NCBI GenBank assembly: GCA_964499705.1
Contig: CAZCME010000001.1
Location: forward strand, 323,243 to 387,242
Direction: 5' to 3'
Length of the DNA: 64,000 nucleotides
From: an uncultured bacterium
GTDB taxonomy: Bacteria > UBA8481
A program made the translations under genes and the position numbers. Positions 29,430 to 39,095 of this stretch are shown here, piece by piece (the stretch's first letter is position 1; every line of letters begins with the position of its first letter). Below the pieces are notes generated by a model, which saw only the letters and a program-made list of their open reading frames with translations, was not told the DNA's origin and made no database searches.

Positions 29430-29935
29430 TGCGCGATCTTGTGGCGGGAGCGGGAAGCCCGCTGCGCGCGGACGACGGGCTCGGCGTGCGGCTCGTGAAT
29501 GATCTGGCGACCTGGATCGAGGAGAGGGGAGGAGACGCGCGCGACATCGGAACGGATGCCTGCGCGCTCGTGGCGGAACTGGAGGAACGAAGGCGGGTCA
29601 TCATCATCGATGCGGTGGAGATGGAGCTTTCTCCCGGCGATGTCCGCGTCTTCGACGCGGAGTGCGTGCCGCAATGTTCCACGCCGATGCTCTCGGGCCA
29701 CGAGTTCGACCTCGCGTCCGCAGTGACGCTCGCGCGAAAGCTCCATCCGGACGTGCGGATCGAGATTGTCGGGATCCAGCCGGCCAGCGTGGAGAGGGAG
29801 CGGAGATTTTCTCCGGAGATCGCGGCGCGGTATTTCGCGATCAGGAAAGAAGTGAAGAATCGGCTGGGCGTGATGCTGGCGCGGACGGAAGAGGCGGAGC
29901 GGCTCGTCAAACCGGTCCAGGAGGAGAGACGATGA
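29426..29935 (+). CDS. Hydrogenase maturation protease
   Basis: GAGSPLRADDGLG, IIIDAV, SGHE, GIQP. Confidence 0.85.
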   Translation: MMRDLVAGAGSPLRADDGLGVRLVNDLATWIEERGGDARDIGTDACALVAELEERRRVIIIDAVEMELSPGDVRVFDAECVPQCSTPMLSGHEFDLASAVTLARKLHPDVRIEIVGIQPASVERERRFSPEIAARYFAIRKEVKNRLGVMLARTEEAERLVKPVQEERR

Positions 29936-30402
29936 TTGACGTGGCGTTGCTGACATTGGGCCCGCTGCTGCGGCCCCTGTCCGAGGAAGGGCTTGCGATC
30001 GTGGGCGCCGCCGCGACGCGGCGCGTTTATGAACGCGGCGAGGTATTGTTTCGCGAGGGCGATGTGGCGGAGGAATGTTATCTCCTGGAGACCGGGCACG
30101 TGGCGATCGAGATCGAGATCGGGAGCTCCAAGCGCGCGATGATTCACACCGTCTCGCCTGGAGATTTCTTCGGCTGGTCCGCGCTCGTGCCGCCGAGGCA
30201 CATGACGGCATCGGCCCGCGCCGTCGAATCGTCCGCGGTCATCGCGATCCCGGGAAAGATCCTGGACCAGGTCTTCGAGAAGGAACCGGCCGCCGGGCTC
30301 GATGTGATGCGCGGCGTCAGCCGCGTCATCACGCTGCGATTGAAGGACACCAGCCTTCAGCTCGTCAACATGATGGAATGGGTGGGCCCGGAACGTGCAT
30401 GA
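29932..30402 (+). CDS. Stand-alone cyclic-nucleotide-binding domain protein
   Basis: LFREGDVAEECYLL..G.V...GDFFGWSAL....TASARA; no HTH. Confidence 0.85.
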   Translation: MIDVALLTLGPLLRPLSEEGLAIVGAAATRRVYERGEVLFREGDVAEECYLLETGHVAIEIEIGSSKRAMIHTVSPGDFFGWSALVPPRHMTASARAVESSAVIAIPGKILDQVFEKEPAAGLDVMRGVSRVITLRLKDTSLQLVNMMEWVGPERA

Positions 30403-30742
30403 GCATGGAGTGGCGCGCGACGTCCTGGACCGGCTGGAACGTCGCTTCAGGCCGCAGCATGCCCGATCGCGCGCCCGGCTTCTCCATCTTTCCGTTCGCG
30501 AAGGCAGCGGGATCGATCCGCATTTCCTGGAGCACGGTTTGGAGGAGGAATCGCCGGCGACGATCTTCTTCGGCGCGCGATTCCAGGTGACGGAAAGGCC
30601 GCTGGTGCTCGTGTGCGCGAAATGCGGCGAGCCTCTTTCCGGCGACTCGATGGATGAAAAATGCCCGGGCTGCGGAAAAAACGAAGTGCGCCCCGAGGGC
30701 GATGAAATCCAGTTCGAGGGCGTCATCTGGGAGGAATCGTAA
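30395..30742 (+). CDS. hypA: Nickel metallochaperone HypA
   Basis: MHE start (GTG), CAKC...CPGC zinc site. Confidence 0.85.
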   Translation: MHEHGVARDVLDRLERRFRPQHARSRARLLHLSVREGSGIDPHFLEHGLEEESPATIFFGARFQVTERPLVLVCAKCGEPLSGDSMDEKCPGCGKNEVRPEGDEIQFEGVIWEES

Positions 30743-30747
30743 CTCCG

Positions 30748-31914
30748 ATGATTCTTTCGCTCGGGGCCGACCTCAAGGGCTCCTTCGCGATCCGAAGGGG
30801 AACGAGAACCTGGTATGAAAAGGGATTCGGCGACCTGGCCGACGCGGAATGCTTCCACCGTTGGGCGGATGCCATTGAAAAAGCGCTCGACGGCGAGGCT
30901 CCGGCAATGATCATCGTCGATCCTCATCCTCTGTATCGCTCGCATCATTTCGGTCGGCTTTTGTCACGACGCACCGGCGCGAGGCTGATCGAGGTTCAGC
31001 ATCACGTGGCGCATGCGGAGGCCGTGCGAGCGGAGCATGGTTTTCAGGGATCCTACCTGGGCCTTGTGATGGACGGCTCCGGATACGGCCCGGACGGCAC
31101 GATCTGGGGGTGCGAGCTCCTGCGGATCGAGGAGGGGCGATGGTCGCGCAAAGGCCACCTGCGTGCCGTGGTCTGCCCCGGCGGCGACCTGGCGGCTCGC
31201 GAGATCTGGCGGATGGGCCTGGCATGGCTTACGGTGGACGATATCAATAATCCGTACATTACCATATTCGAACGAAACATCGGATCGGAGCGGATGGGGT
31301 CGGCGCTGGCGCAGATCAGGTCCGGCCGGCCGGTGACGACTTCGGCGGGCCGCGCGTTCGACGCGGCGGCCTCGATCATGGGTCTTCGCATGCGGGTGAA
31401 GGAGGAAGGCGAGGCCGCGCGGGACCTGGAGGAGTATGCGTCCAAGGGGTGGCCCGGCGATCGGCTTGCGTATTCCGTGGCGGATGGCGTCCTGGATCTT
31501 GCCCCCGCGATGCATGAACTTGCCGAACGCGCCCGGGACGGACTTGTCCGGGGCGGCCTTGGCCGGAACGGCGCGCCGATGAGCAGGCTCGCAGCCGCGT
31601 TCCACGAGACATACATCGAAGGGCTTGTTGATCTTGTGGTGGAGAGTGCGGGCGAGAAGGAGCATCGAGTGGTCCTGTCCGGAGGATGCTTTCTGAACGC
31701 GATCCTGTCGCGAGAAATTCATCTGCGACTTTCACGGCGGGGATTCAAAGTGCACCAGGCGAACCACTATTCCCCGGGTGACGATGCGCTCGCGCTGGGG
31801 CAGATCGAAGTCGGGCGGCTTCCGGGCAGTGAGCGCGCCAATGATCATGCGTACAAGCCGGCGATGATCGCGCTTGATTCCGCAACCTCCCGCTGGGATG
31901 ATGCCTCCGCATGA
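30748..31914 (+). CDS. hypF: Short HypF carbamoyltransferase (C-terminal Kae1-like part only)
   Basis: LGADLK, DPHPLY, QHHVAH, DGSGYGPDGTIWGCE, TSAGRAFDA, LSGGCFLN, PGDDALALGQ; no acylphosphatase, zinc-finger or YrdC domains. Confidence 0.85.
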   Translation: MILSLGADLKGSFAIRRGTRTWYEKGFGDLADAECFHRWADAIEKALDGEAPAMIIVDPHPLYRSHHFGRLLSRRTGARLIEVQHHVAHAEAVRAEHGFQGSYLGLVMDGSGYGPDGTIWGCELLRIEEGRWSRKGHLRAVVCPGGDLAAREIWRMGLAWLTVDDINNPYITIFERNIGSERMGSALAQIRSGRPVTTSAGRAFDAAASIMGLRMRVKEEGEAARDLEEYASKGWPGDRLAYSVADGVLDLAPAMHELAERARDGLVRGGLGRNGAPMSRLAAAFHETYIEGLVDLVVESAGEKEHRVVLSGGCFLNAILSREIHLRLSRRGFKVHQANHYSPGDDALALGQIEVGRLPGSERANDHAYKPAMIALDSATSRWDDASA

Positions 31915-33158
31915 ACGTTCTCGTCCTCAACTGCGGCTCCTCCACGGTGAAGTTCCAGATCATCGAAACCGACCTGGCGAAGATCGACGCCGACGGCGAC
32001 CGGCGGCTGGCGCGCGGTATCATCGAGCGTGTCGGGGGACACGCGCTCTGCACGTTCCGCGCGGAAGGCCAGCCGCCCCTCATCACCGATACTCCGATCC
32101 GCGATCATCGCGCGGCGATCGACGCGATCCTCCGGTGGGTCATCGCGAACGATTCCCGCATCGACTCCATCCGGTCCCTCTCCGATATCCACGCCGTCGG
32201 ACATCGTGTCGTTCACGGCGGCGAGCGGTTCAAGATGTCGGTGAAGATCAACGAGGAGATCATCGAAGGAATCGAGGACTGCATCGAGCTGGCGCCCCTG
32301 CACAATCCGGCGAACCTGAAAGGAATCCGGGCGGCGCAGGAATTGCTCGGCCCGGGTTCTCCGCAAGTCGCGGTCTTCGACACGGCCTTCCACAGCACGA
32401 TGCCGGAAACATCCTACCTCTACGGTATACCGTATCCCCTGTATCGCCGGCATAAGATCCGCCGATACGGATTCCACGGGACATCGCATCGGTACGTGGC
32501 GTATCGCTATCGTACGATGCTGGGAATTCCCCAGGAAAAAGTCGACATCATCTCGCTCCATCTCGGCAACGGTTGCTCCGCCTGCGCGATCAAGGACGGC
32601 GCCTCCCTCGACACGTCGATGGGATTCACGCCCCTCGAAGGTCTTCTCATGGGAACGCGATCCGGCGACATCGATCCGTCGATCATCGAGTTTCTCTCGC
32701 ACAAGGAAGGCATGTCGATTGCGGAGACGGATAATCTCCTGAACAAGCAGTCAGGTTTATTGGGCGTCTCGGGATTGACGAGCGACATGCGCGATCTCCT
32801 CGCGGAGGAAGCCGAGCACCAGGATCGCCGCGCGCGCCTGGCGATCGACCTCTTCTGCTCGCGCGCGAAGAAATACATCGGCGCGTACGATGCACTCCTG
32901 GGCGGAGCGGACGCGATCATATTTACCGGCGGCATCGGCGAGAATGCTCCGCAGGTCCGCTCGCGCATCTGCGCGGGCCTTGCGTACCGGGGTCTCACCA
33001 TCGACGAAACCGCCAACGCGGCCGCGATCGACGGCGCGCAGTTCGAGATCACGACTCCGGATTCGAAGCTGAAAGCTTTCGTCATCCCGACGAACGAGGA
33101 GCTCCTGATCGCGCGAGATACCTTGCGTGTCGTGGAGAACGCTCCGCGGCGCTGGTGA
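31911..33158 (+). CDS. ackA: Acetate kinase
   Basis: VLNCGSSTVK, GHRVVHGG, APLHNPAN, FDTAFH, YGFHGTSH, HLGNG, FTGGIGEN, TNEE. Confidence 0.97.
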   Translation: MNVLVLNCGSSTVKFQIIETDLAKIDADGDRRLARGIIERVGGHALCTFRAEGQPPLITDTPIRDHRAAIDAILRWVIANDSRIDSIRSLSDIHAVGHRVVHGGERFKMSVKINEEIIEGIEDCIELAPLHNPANLKGIRAAQELLGPGSPQVAVFDTAFHSTMPETSYLYGIPYPLYRRHKIRRYGFHGTSHRYVAYRYRTMLGIPQEKVDIISLHLGNGCSACAIKDGASLDTSMGFTPLEGLLMGTRSGDIDPSIIEFLSHKEGMSIAETDNLLNKQSGLLGVSGLTSDMRDLLAEEAEHQDRRARLAIDLFCSRAKKYIGAYDALLGGADAIIFTGGIGENAPQVRSRICAGLAYRGLTIDETANAAAIDGAQFEITTPDSKLKAFVIPTNEELLIARDTLRVVENAPRRW

Positions 33159-33276
33159 AACCTCAGCCGCGGCAAGGCAGCCTGTTCCCACTTTCATGCG
33201 AATCAGAGCATCGTCATACGAGGCGCTTTTCCGCTTGACGACTTCTTCCGTTCTGCCGAAGATTTAGCCAACTCTT

Positions 33277-34347
33277 ATGAAAACCCGCCATTTCCGGATT
33301 CTGATGCTGGCCGTCTGTCTGATTCTGTCCGCCGTGAATGTTGGAGCGCTCGACATCAACGGCACGTTTCTGCACGGTTATTCCGATCGCGAAGGCGCAT
33401 CGTACCTCCTGCCGGGCGAGTTTCACGGCGAGTTCGAGAATCCGACGGGCTCGCTCTCGTTGACCCACTATGCGACGGACGGGATCATCACGAAGGCGCG
33501 TATCAACGCGTCCGCGGGAGCACTCACGATCGCCGAGGCGTGGCTCTCGTTCGACGGGCTCCCTTATCATGGCGAACTGACCGTCGGCCGCTTTCAGAAA
33601 CCCCTCGGCGAGCCTCTCCTGACGCTCGGCCTTACGTATCCCGGACTGCTCTTCCACACATCATCGGTCACCGGTGCCAAGGTTTCCATGGGGCGCGGGC
33701 TCTGGAACTGGGAAATTGGCGTCGCCAACGCGAATCCGCTGACCGCGGTCGGCACCGTCATCAGTGGCTCGCCTGCGTTCGGGCGGCCGATCCCGCCGGG
33801 GATTGTCATGCCCGAGCATCTCAAAGAGTATTACGCCAGCCTCTCGCGTCGCTTCGGCGGCGAATGGGGAAGTCTCAACATGAACCTCATGTACACCGGC
33901 GGAAAGTTGCTCCGCCAGGACGCAACGCTTCTTGCCACAATCAGCCTCTTTGACATCATCCCGCCCGACTACACCCGTCAGGAGTGGGATTTCGCCGCGG
34001 ATTACACATACGGCGATTATCGGCTCTTCGGTGAATACGCCGCCGCCGAGCTCGGAGCCTTGACTCTCCGCACATACAATATATCCGCCGCGAGAAAGTG
34101 GCGCGACTGGGAGTTCGTCGCCGGATGGGACTGGCTTGCGACGAACGCCGCCTTGCGTCCTCCGTCCGTCCCCGCGTCGTGGGATCGCGAGCGCTTCACG
34201 CTGGCAGCGAACTGGCAGTTCACCGATCAGGTAAAGATCATGACGCAATATGAGTTCAACCAGGAAGTACTGTCCGGACACAGTTACCCCGGTCGCAGCG
34301 GTCTGCCCAATGATGGAATCGCGGCGCAGATCGTCGTCGGCTTCTAA
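33277..34347 (+). CDS. Putative outer-membrane beta-barrel protein
   Basis: Signal peptide, amphipathic strands, VGRFQKPLG, terminal Phe (QIVVGF). Confidence 0.6.
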   Translation: MKTRHFRILMLAVCLILSAVNVGALDINGTFLHGYSDREGASYLLPGEFHGEFENPTGSLSLTHYATDGIITKARINASAGALTIAEAWLSFDGLPYHGELTVGRFQKPLGEPLLTLGLTYPGLLFHTSSVTGAKVSMGRGLWNWEIGVANANPLTAVGTVISGSPAFGRPIPPGIVMPEHLKEYYASLSRRFGGEWGSLNMNLMYTGGKLLRQDATLLATISLFDIIPPDYTRQEWDFAADYTYGDYRLFGEYAAAELGALTLRTYNISAARKWRDWEFVAGWDWLATNAALRPPSVPASWDRERFTLAANWQFTDQVKIMTQYEFNQEVLSGHSYPGRSGLPNDGIAAQIVVGF

Positions 34348-34359
34348 AGGAGAGCGATC

Positions 34360-35721
34360 ATGACCCGACACAGGATTTTGCTTCAGTTCATAGCGAGCAT
34401 CGCCGCCACGCTCATCATCTCGATCGCGGTCTCCGCGAGCGTCCAGCCGCTCACTCTGGAATCTCTGAAGGGCACGGCGGAGGTTCGATCGGCCGGCAAG
34501 ACATCGTGGACGCGCGCTCATGAGCGGATGCCGTTGTATCCCGGCGACCTCTTCCGAACCGGCGCCGGCTCGCGAGCCATCCTGAAGCACACGCGTGGCA
34601 ACAACATCATCCTCGGCGAGAACAGCGTCATCCTGATCCAGCAGTCCACCGTGGGCGGCGGTGCGGCCAGCCAGTACAACGTTCAGATCCAGCAGCTACG
34701 GGGCCGCATGGATCATGTTCTGAAGGCTCTATCGATCCGGAATTCCTCCTACAAGGTCATGACACCCGTCGCGGTCGCGGGTGTGCGGGGCACGGAGTTC
34801 GGATCGGACGTGCAGCTTGATCCCGCGACATCGAACGCGCTCGACAACCTCCTGGCTTCAGGTCCGCTCGGCAGCAACTCTTCCGGCGGCGGGAACCCCG
34901 GCATTCGGGTCGAAGATCCCGGCATTCAAAGGGGCGTGGTGAATCCGATATTAGGCGACCCCTGGAATCTTCCGTTGCGGCGAACCGGCGGCGACGATCA
35001 GCTCGGAACAGGATCCGGCACGTCCGAGCCCGGAGGCAATATCGGCGGCCGAAGTCCCGACAACCAGGGTTCGGGAAGCGGCAGCCTGACCGTAAGCAAT
35101 GAAGGGCGCGACCGGCTCAGGGTCGAACCTGGCACGCAGACCACCGGCCGCGGCGTACCGACCGGCCGCTTTCAGGACTTCGTCGACTTCGGCTCTCAAG
35201 CCTTCGACCTGACAAGTCTGGGCGACCAGAGCGGAGGCGGCAATGTTCTCTTCAACGTCGTCGACGGCAGCGTGGATATCTTTCCCGTCAGCGGGCCGAC
35301 GACGATCATGGGACCCGGCGACGTCATGAACTTCGCCTTCACTCCTATGCCCGGGGGATTTGGTCTCTCCGGTGAACCGGGGTCCAATCCCTTGACCGGC
35401 AATATCAACCTGAACCGCGACAACATGGGAGAGCACGGTGAGCAGCAACGCCGCGATCTCGACGCGTTCTACAACAACCTGCTTAACCGCACCACCAACG
35501 AGGATCGCACAACCGGCGATTTTCGCGATATCTCGAGCGGCATGAACAATGTCGGCTCGCTGTCCAGCAGCCTCTCGTCATTTCTCGGCTCGATCAATTC
35601 GGGCAACGTCAGCAGCATCCAGGGATGCGCCGGGGCGTTCAACGGATTCCATCAGCTGCCGAGTGGAATCAGCTGGATCAACTTCAATCCCACGGAATAC
35701 AACAATCTGCTTAATAGGTAG
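34360..35721 (+). CDS. Secreted FecR-domain protein
   Basis: Signal peptide; LYPGDLFRTGAGSRA...LGENS...TPVAVAGVRGTEF...VVDGSV. Confidence 0.75.
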   Translation: MTRHRILLQFIASIAATLIISIAVSASVQPLTLESLKGTAEVRSAGKTSWTRAHERMPLYPGDLFRTGAGSRAILKHTRGNNIILGENSVILIQQSTVGGGAASQYNVQIQQLRGRMDHVLKALSIRNSSYKVMTPVAVAGVRGTEFGSDVQLDPATSNALDNLLASGPLGSNSSGGGNPGIRVEDPGIQRGVVNPILGDPWNLPLRRTGGDDQLGTGSGTSEPGGNIGGRSPDNQGSGSGSLTVSNEGRDRLRVEPGTQTTGRGVPTGRFQDFVDFGSQAFDLTSLGDQSGGGNVLFNVVDGSVDIFPVSGPTTIMGPGDVMNFAFTPMPGGFGLSGEPGSNPLTGNINLNRDNMGEHGEQQRRDLDAFYNNLLNRTTNEDRTTGDFRDISSGMNNVGSLSSSLSSFLGSINSGNVSSIQGCAGAFNGFHQLPSGISWINFNPTEYNNLLNR

Positions 35722-35795
35722 AGGTCAGCTACTCCGCGGGCCGGACAGGCCTGTCGTCAATCCAGCCGCTTCCGGAATCGCAGGATCGAGAGCGA
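35542..35795 (+). repeat. 254-bp direct repeat, copy A
   Basis: Ungapped match to 38842-39095 (about 28 mismatches by manual count). Confidence 0.95.
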
Positions 35796-35902
35796 TCAGG
35801 GCGCGGACGGATTCCGGAACGAGTCATGAATCCACGTTTTCAGTCTTTCGCGGGTGGGGGGAATCGACGGACTGGGGCCTTCAGCGATTATCATCATGAT
35901 CA

Positions 35903-37027
35903 TTGGCCACAGCGGCACAGGGTTCGAAAAAATATTGTTTATCTCCGCGACGTTGTGGCGAACTTTCAGGGGTCCGCGGAAATGTGAGAAGATTCCCTCA
36001 CGATGGCGCGCGAGATTCGGTACACTGTCGATGGACCTTGACCACGAACTCCGCATGGACGAAAGCATGGATCCCGTTCGCGCTCTGCGCGGCGGCGATT
36101 CTTTTTCTCCTTTGGCATTACCGCGCGCCTCGTCCGGCGGAATTGAAGATCGAAAAAGTGGAAACTCTTGTCGCGGCCCGCGATACCGAAATATGGGCGG
36201 CGCCGTCGATGGCGCCGGGCGGTGGCGCTCTGGCATTCACGTCCGTCGATCAGCCCGGCGTCGCGATCAGGTCGGCGGACGGCGAGATGTGGCGGGCGTA
36301 CAACGGGAAGCTGGGGGAACGATGGCTCTCGTGGTCGCCTGACGGTCGATATCTCGCTTTCCGAGCGGAGAAAATTCCGGAGGAGACGCCTCGCGCGTTC
36401 GCTCTCATGGTGGCGGATCCGGCTACGAAGAGTATCGAGAAGATCACGGATTTTCTGCCCGGGCTGGGACGCCCCACGTGGAAAGTTTCCGGAGCGCGGA
36501 TGGAATTGTATGCATGGTCCAGCTCGGGGCTCGTGAGAAAGGTCTATGACTCGACCATGACGGGCGCCGGCTCGGATCTCTTCGTCTACGAAAGCGAGGG
36601 AGATGTCTGGATCCAGAAGGGCCAGGATCTGCCCCGCAGGGTCTCGCGCGGCGGCGGATTCGCGCCGGTTCTGTCTCCCGATGGATCCACGATCCTGTAT
36701 CAATGGAGCGATGCGATCTTTGTCGCACCGGCGAACGAGAAGGACTCGTCGGAGCCGAGGCTGGCGGCACATGGATACGGGCCCGTCTGGTCGCCGGACG
36801 GGCGAAGAATCGCGTTCTGCGTCGCGAAGGACGACGGCCATGGCGACCCGAAGGAGGCGGACATCTTCACGATCGAGCTGGCGGCGGAACACGCCGAGCC
36901 GAAGCGCCTGACGCGGACTCCGGACGAGATCGAGATGGAGCTTTCCTGGCCGAAAAATAATCGTATACTGTTCAGTGTGCGAAATGATGGAAGCATTCGG
37001 AGCGCCGCTTTGTCGGGCGGCGAATAA
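35903..37027 (+). CDS. TolB-like / PD40 beta-propeller protein (start uncertain)
   Basis: Repeated WSPDG/LSPDG motifs; N-terminal TM segment. Confidence 0.78.
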   Translation: MATAAQGSKKYCLSPRRCGELSGVRGNVRRFPHDGARDSVHCRWTLTTNSAWTKAWIPFALCAAAILFLLWHYRAPRPAELKIEKVETLVAARDTEIWAAPSMAPGGGALAFTSVDQPGVAIRSADGEMWRAYNGKLGERWLSWSPDGRYLAFRAEKIPEETPRAFALMVADPATKSIEKITDFLPGLGRPTWKVSGARMELYAWSSSGLVRKVYDSTMTGAGSDLFVYESEGDVWIQKGQDLPRRVSRGGGFAPVLSPDGSTILYQWSDAIFVAPANEKDSSEPRLAAHGYGPVWSPDGRRIAFCVAKDDGHGDPKEADIFTIELAAEHAEPKRLTRTPDEIEMELSWPKNNRILFSVRNDGSIRSAALSGGE

Positions 37028-37030
37028 TAA

Positions 37031-38776
37031 ATGAAGAATCGCATGTCTCGCATACTCCTCTTCGTGCTCATCCTATTCTCGACACTCCTTTCCATTATGC
37101 CTCCATGCGGAGCCGGATCCCTGACGGGCACGAAGATCATTCTCGATCCTGGCCACGGCGGTCAGGCGGGAAAAACATACAACGGTCTCCCCGGCGATCC
37201 CGGCGCTCTCGGGCCGACCGGTGTCCGGGAGGCCGATTGCACGCTCGCCATCGCCCTCCAGGTCCGCGACATGCTCGCGGCCCAGGGCGCGACGGTCTAC
37301 ATGACCCGCGACGCGGATGCCTTCGTCTCGCTTCCCGCGCGCACTTCCATGGCGAACGCGCTCGCCGTCGACCGGTTCGTATCCATCCATCAGAACGCGA
37401 GCTCTTCGGCCTCGGCGAACTACACCGGCTCTCATGTCTATCTCACCGCGTCGGCGACGTCGCTCGACCTCGCCGGGAAGACTGTGACGGAGGAGGATCT
37501 CTACCACCAGAGCGGAGTCGTCTCGACGAACTGCAATCTGCGCGGAGTTCACAAGGATAACTTCCACGTGGTCCGGGAGTCGCTGATGCCCGCGGAGCTG
37601 ATCGAAAATTCTTTCGTCACGAATCCGGGCGAGGAATCGAAGTTGAAGACCGCGAAGCACATCCAGGGATGCGCCGACGCGATCTTCAAGGGCCTGATGA
37701 AGCATTTCGGCAAGACCGTTTCTCAGGATCACGAAGCGCCGGTCATCTCGCATTCGCCTGTGTCATCGGTGCTGGAAGCGACATCCGTGAATATTACCGC
37801 CACGGTGACGGACGCTTCCGGCGTGGATAACGTCGTGCTGTATTACCGCAGGAAGGGGAGCGCGATTCTCGTGAGCGAGACGATGACGCGGACCCCTGGC
37901 GAAGTCTACACCGCCTCCATCGCCGCGAGCTCGATCGGCGCCGCGGGTGTGGAATATTACATCGAAGCCCGGGACAAGTCGGGAAATCTCGGACGCCTTC
38001 CGGCCGGCTCGCCCGTCGCGCCGTTCATCATCGCGGTGACGCCCGTCGCGCGCCCCGGCAGCCTCACCGGTGTCGTCACGGACAAGGTCACCTCCGCGCG
38101 GCTTGCCGGCGTCGAGGTCACGATCAATCCCGGCGGAGCGAAAGTGATGACTTCAGCCACGGGCGTCTACCTCTTCGAGAATCTCGCGCCTGGCATGTAT
38201 ACCGTCACGGGAAAAGGTAACGGCTATTTTCCGACATCCGCCTCCGCGCAGGTAGCGGCATCGACGTTGAAGTGGAACTCCTTCGCGTTGGCCGCGGCTC
38301 CGCCTGCCCCCGTCGCCGGCGTTATTTCCGGCACCGTGAATGTCTCCGCGACTTTGACGCTCCGGGAATTGAATCTAACGCGCACCGGGACGACGTTCGA
38401 CTTTCCGAAGCTCGAACCGGGCACGTACCATCTCAAGGCGGAAGCCGACGATTACAAATCCCAGACGCGAACGATCACGTTGAAGCCGGGCAAATCCAGC
38501 CAGGCGAACTTCCTGCTGCTCTCTCCGGACAAGGGCATCCTCAAGGTGAAGGTGAAGCAGATCAACGAGAAGGGGAAGCTCGTGAACGCGCAGGGCGTGA
38601 GCGTCTCCATCGCGGGCCCCCTGGCGAAGAATGCTCCGACCGGCTGGGGCAACAGCTCCGGCGAAGCGATATTCGACAATCTCGATCCCGGCACCTACAC
38701 GGTCTCCGCACTGGGCATGAGCCAGACCGTCACGATCGTGAAAGGGAAGACGACGAGTTCGACGCTCAGCCCCTGA
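37031..38776 (+). CDS. N-acetylmuramoyl-L-alanine amidase (Amidase_3) with C-terminal beta-sandwich domains
   Basis: ILDPGHGG, E, TR, FVSIHQNA, LIENSFVTN; signal peptide; carboxypeptidase-regulatory-like repeats. Confidence 0.9.
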   Translation: MKNRMSRILLFVLILFSTLLSIMPPCGAGSLTGTKIILDPGHGGQAGKTYNGLPGDPGALGPTGVREADCTLAIALQVRDMLAAQGATVYMTRDADAFVSLPARTSMANALAVDRFVSIHQNASSSASANYTGSHVYLTASATSLDLAGKTVTEEDLYHQSGVVSTNCNLRGVHKDNFHVVRESLMPAELIENSFVTNPGEESKLKTAKHIQGCADAIFKGLMKHFGKTVSQDHEAPVISHSPVSSVLEATSVNITATVTDASGVDNVVLYYRRKGSAILVSETMTRTPGEVYTASIAASSIGAAGVEYYIEARDKSGNLGRLPAGSPVAPFIIAVTPVARPGSLTGVVTDKVTSARLAGVEVTINPGGAKVMTSATGVYLFENLAPGMYTVTGKGNGYFPTSASAQVAASTLKWNSFALAAAPPAPVAGVISGTVNVSATLTLRELNLTRTGTTFDFPKLEPGTYHLKAEADDYKSQTRTITLKPGKSSQANFLLLSPDKGILKVKVKQINEKGKLVNAQGVSVSIAGPLAKNAPTGWGNSSGEAIFDNLDPGTYTVSALGMSQTVTIVKGKTTSSTLSP

Positions 38777-38841
38777 GCCGGACGGCGATCGTGAAACCAG
38801 CAATTCTCATTTTGACGGCATCAATGAGAACCTAAAGCGGA

Positions 38842-39095
38842 ATGAACAATGTCGGCTCTCGGTCCAGCGGCCTCTCGTCATTTCTCGGCTCGATCAATTT
38901 GGGAAACGTCAGCAGCATCCAGGGGTGCGCCGCAGCGTTCAACGGATGCCATCAGCTCCCGAGTGGAATCAGCTGGATCAACTTCAATTCCACGGAATCC
39001 AACTTTCTGCTCCACGGGAAGACGTCAGAAATACCCCGGGCCGGACAGTCCTGTCTTCAATCCAGCCTCTTCCGGAATCGCAGGATCGAGAGCGA
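38842..39095 (+). repeat. 254-bp direct repeat, copy B (relic of the FecR gene 3' end plus the real permease 3' end)
   Basis: Exactly 3300 bp downstream of copy A. Confidence 0.95.

Noticed and set aside
35542-39095. Diversity-generating retroelement TR/VR pair
   Set aside because: Mismatches involve all four bases, not only adenines; many AAC codons are unchanged; no reverse transcriptase is in the window.
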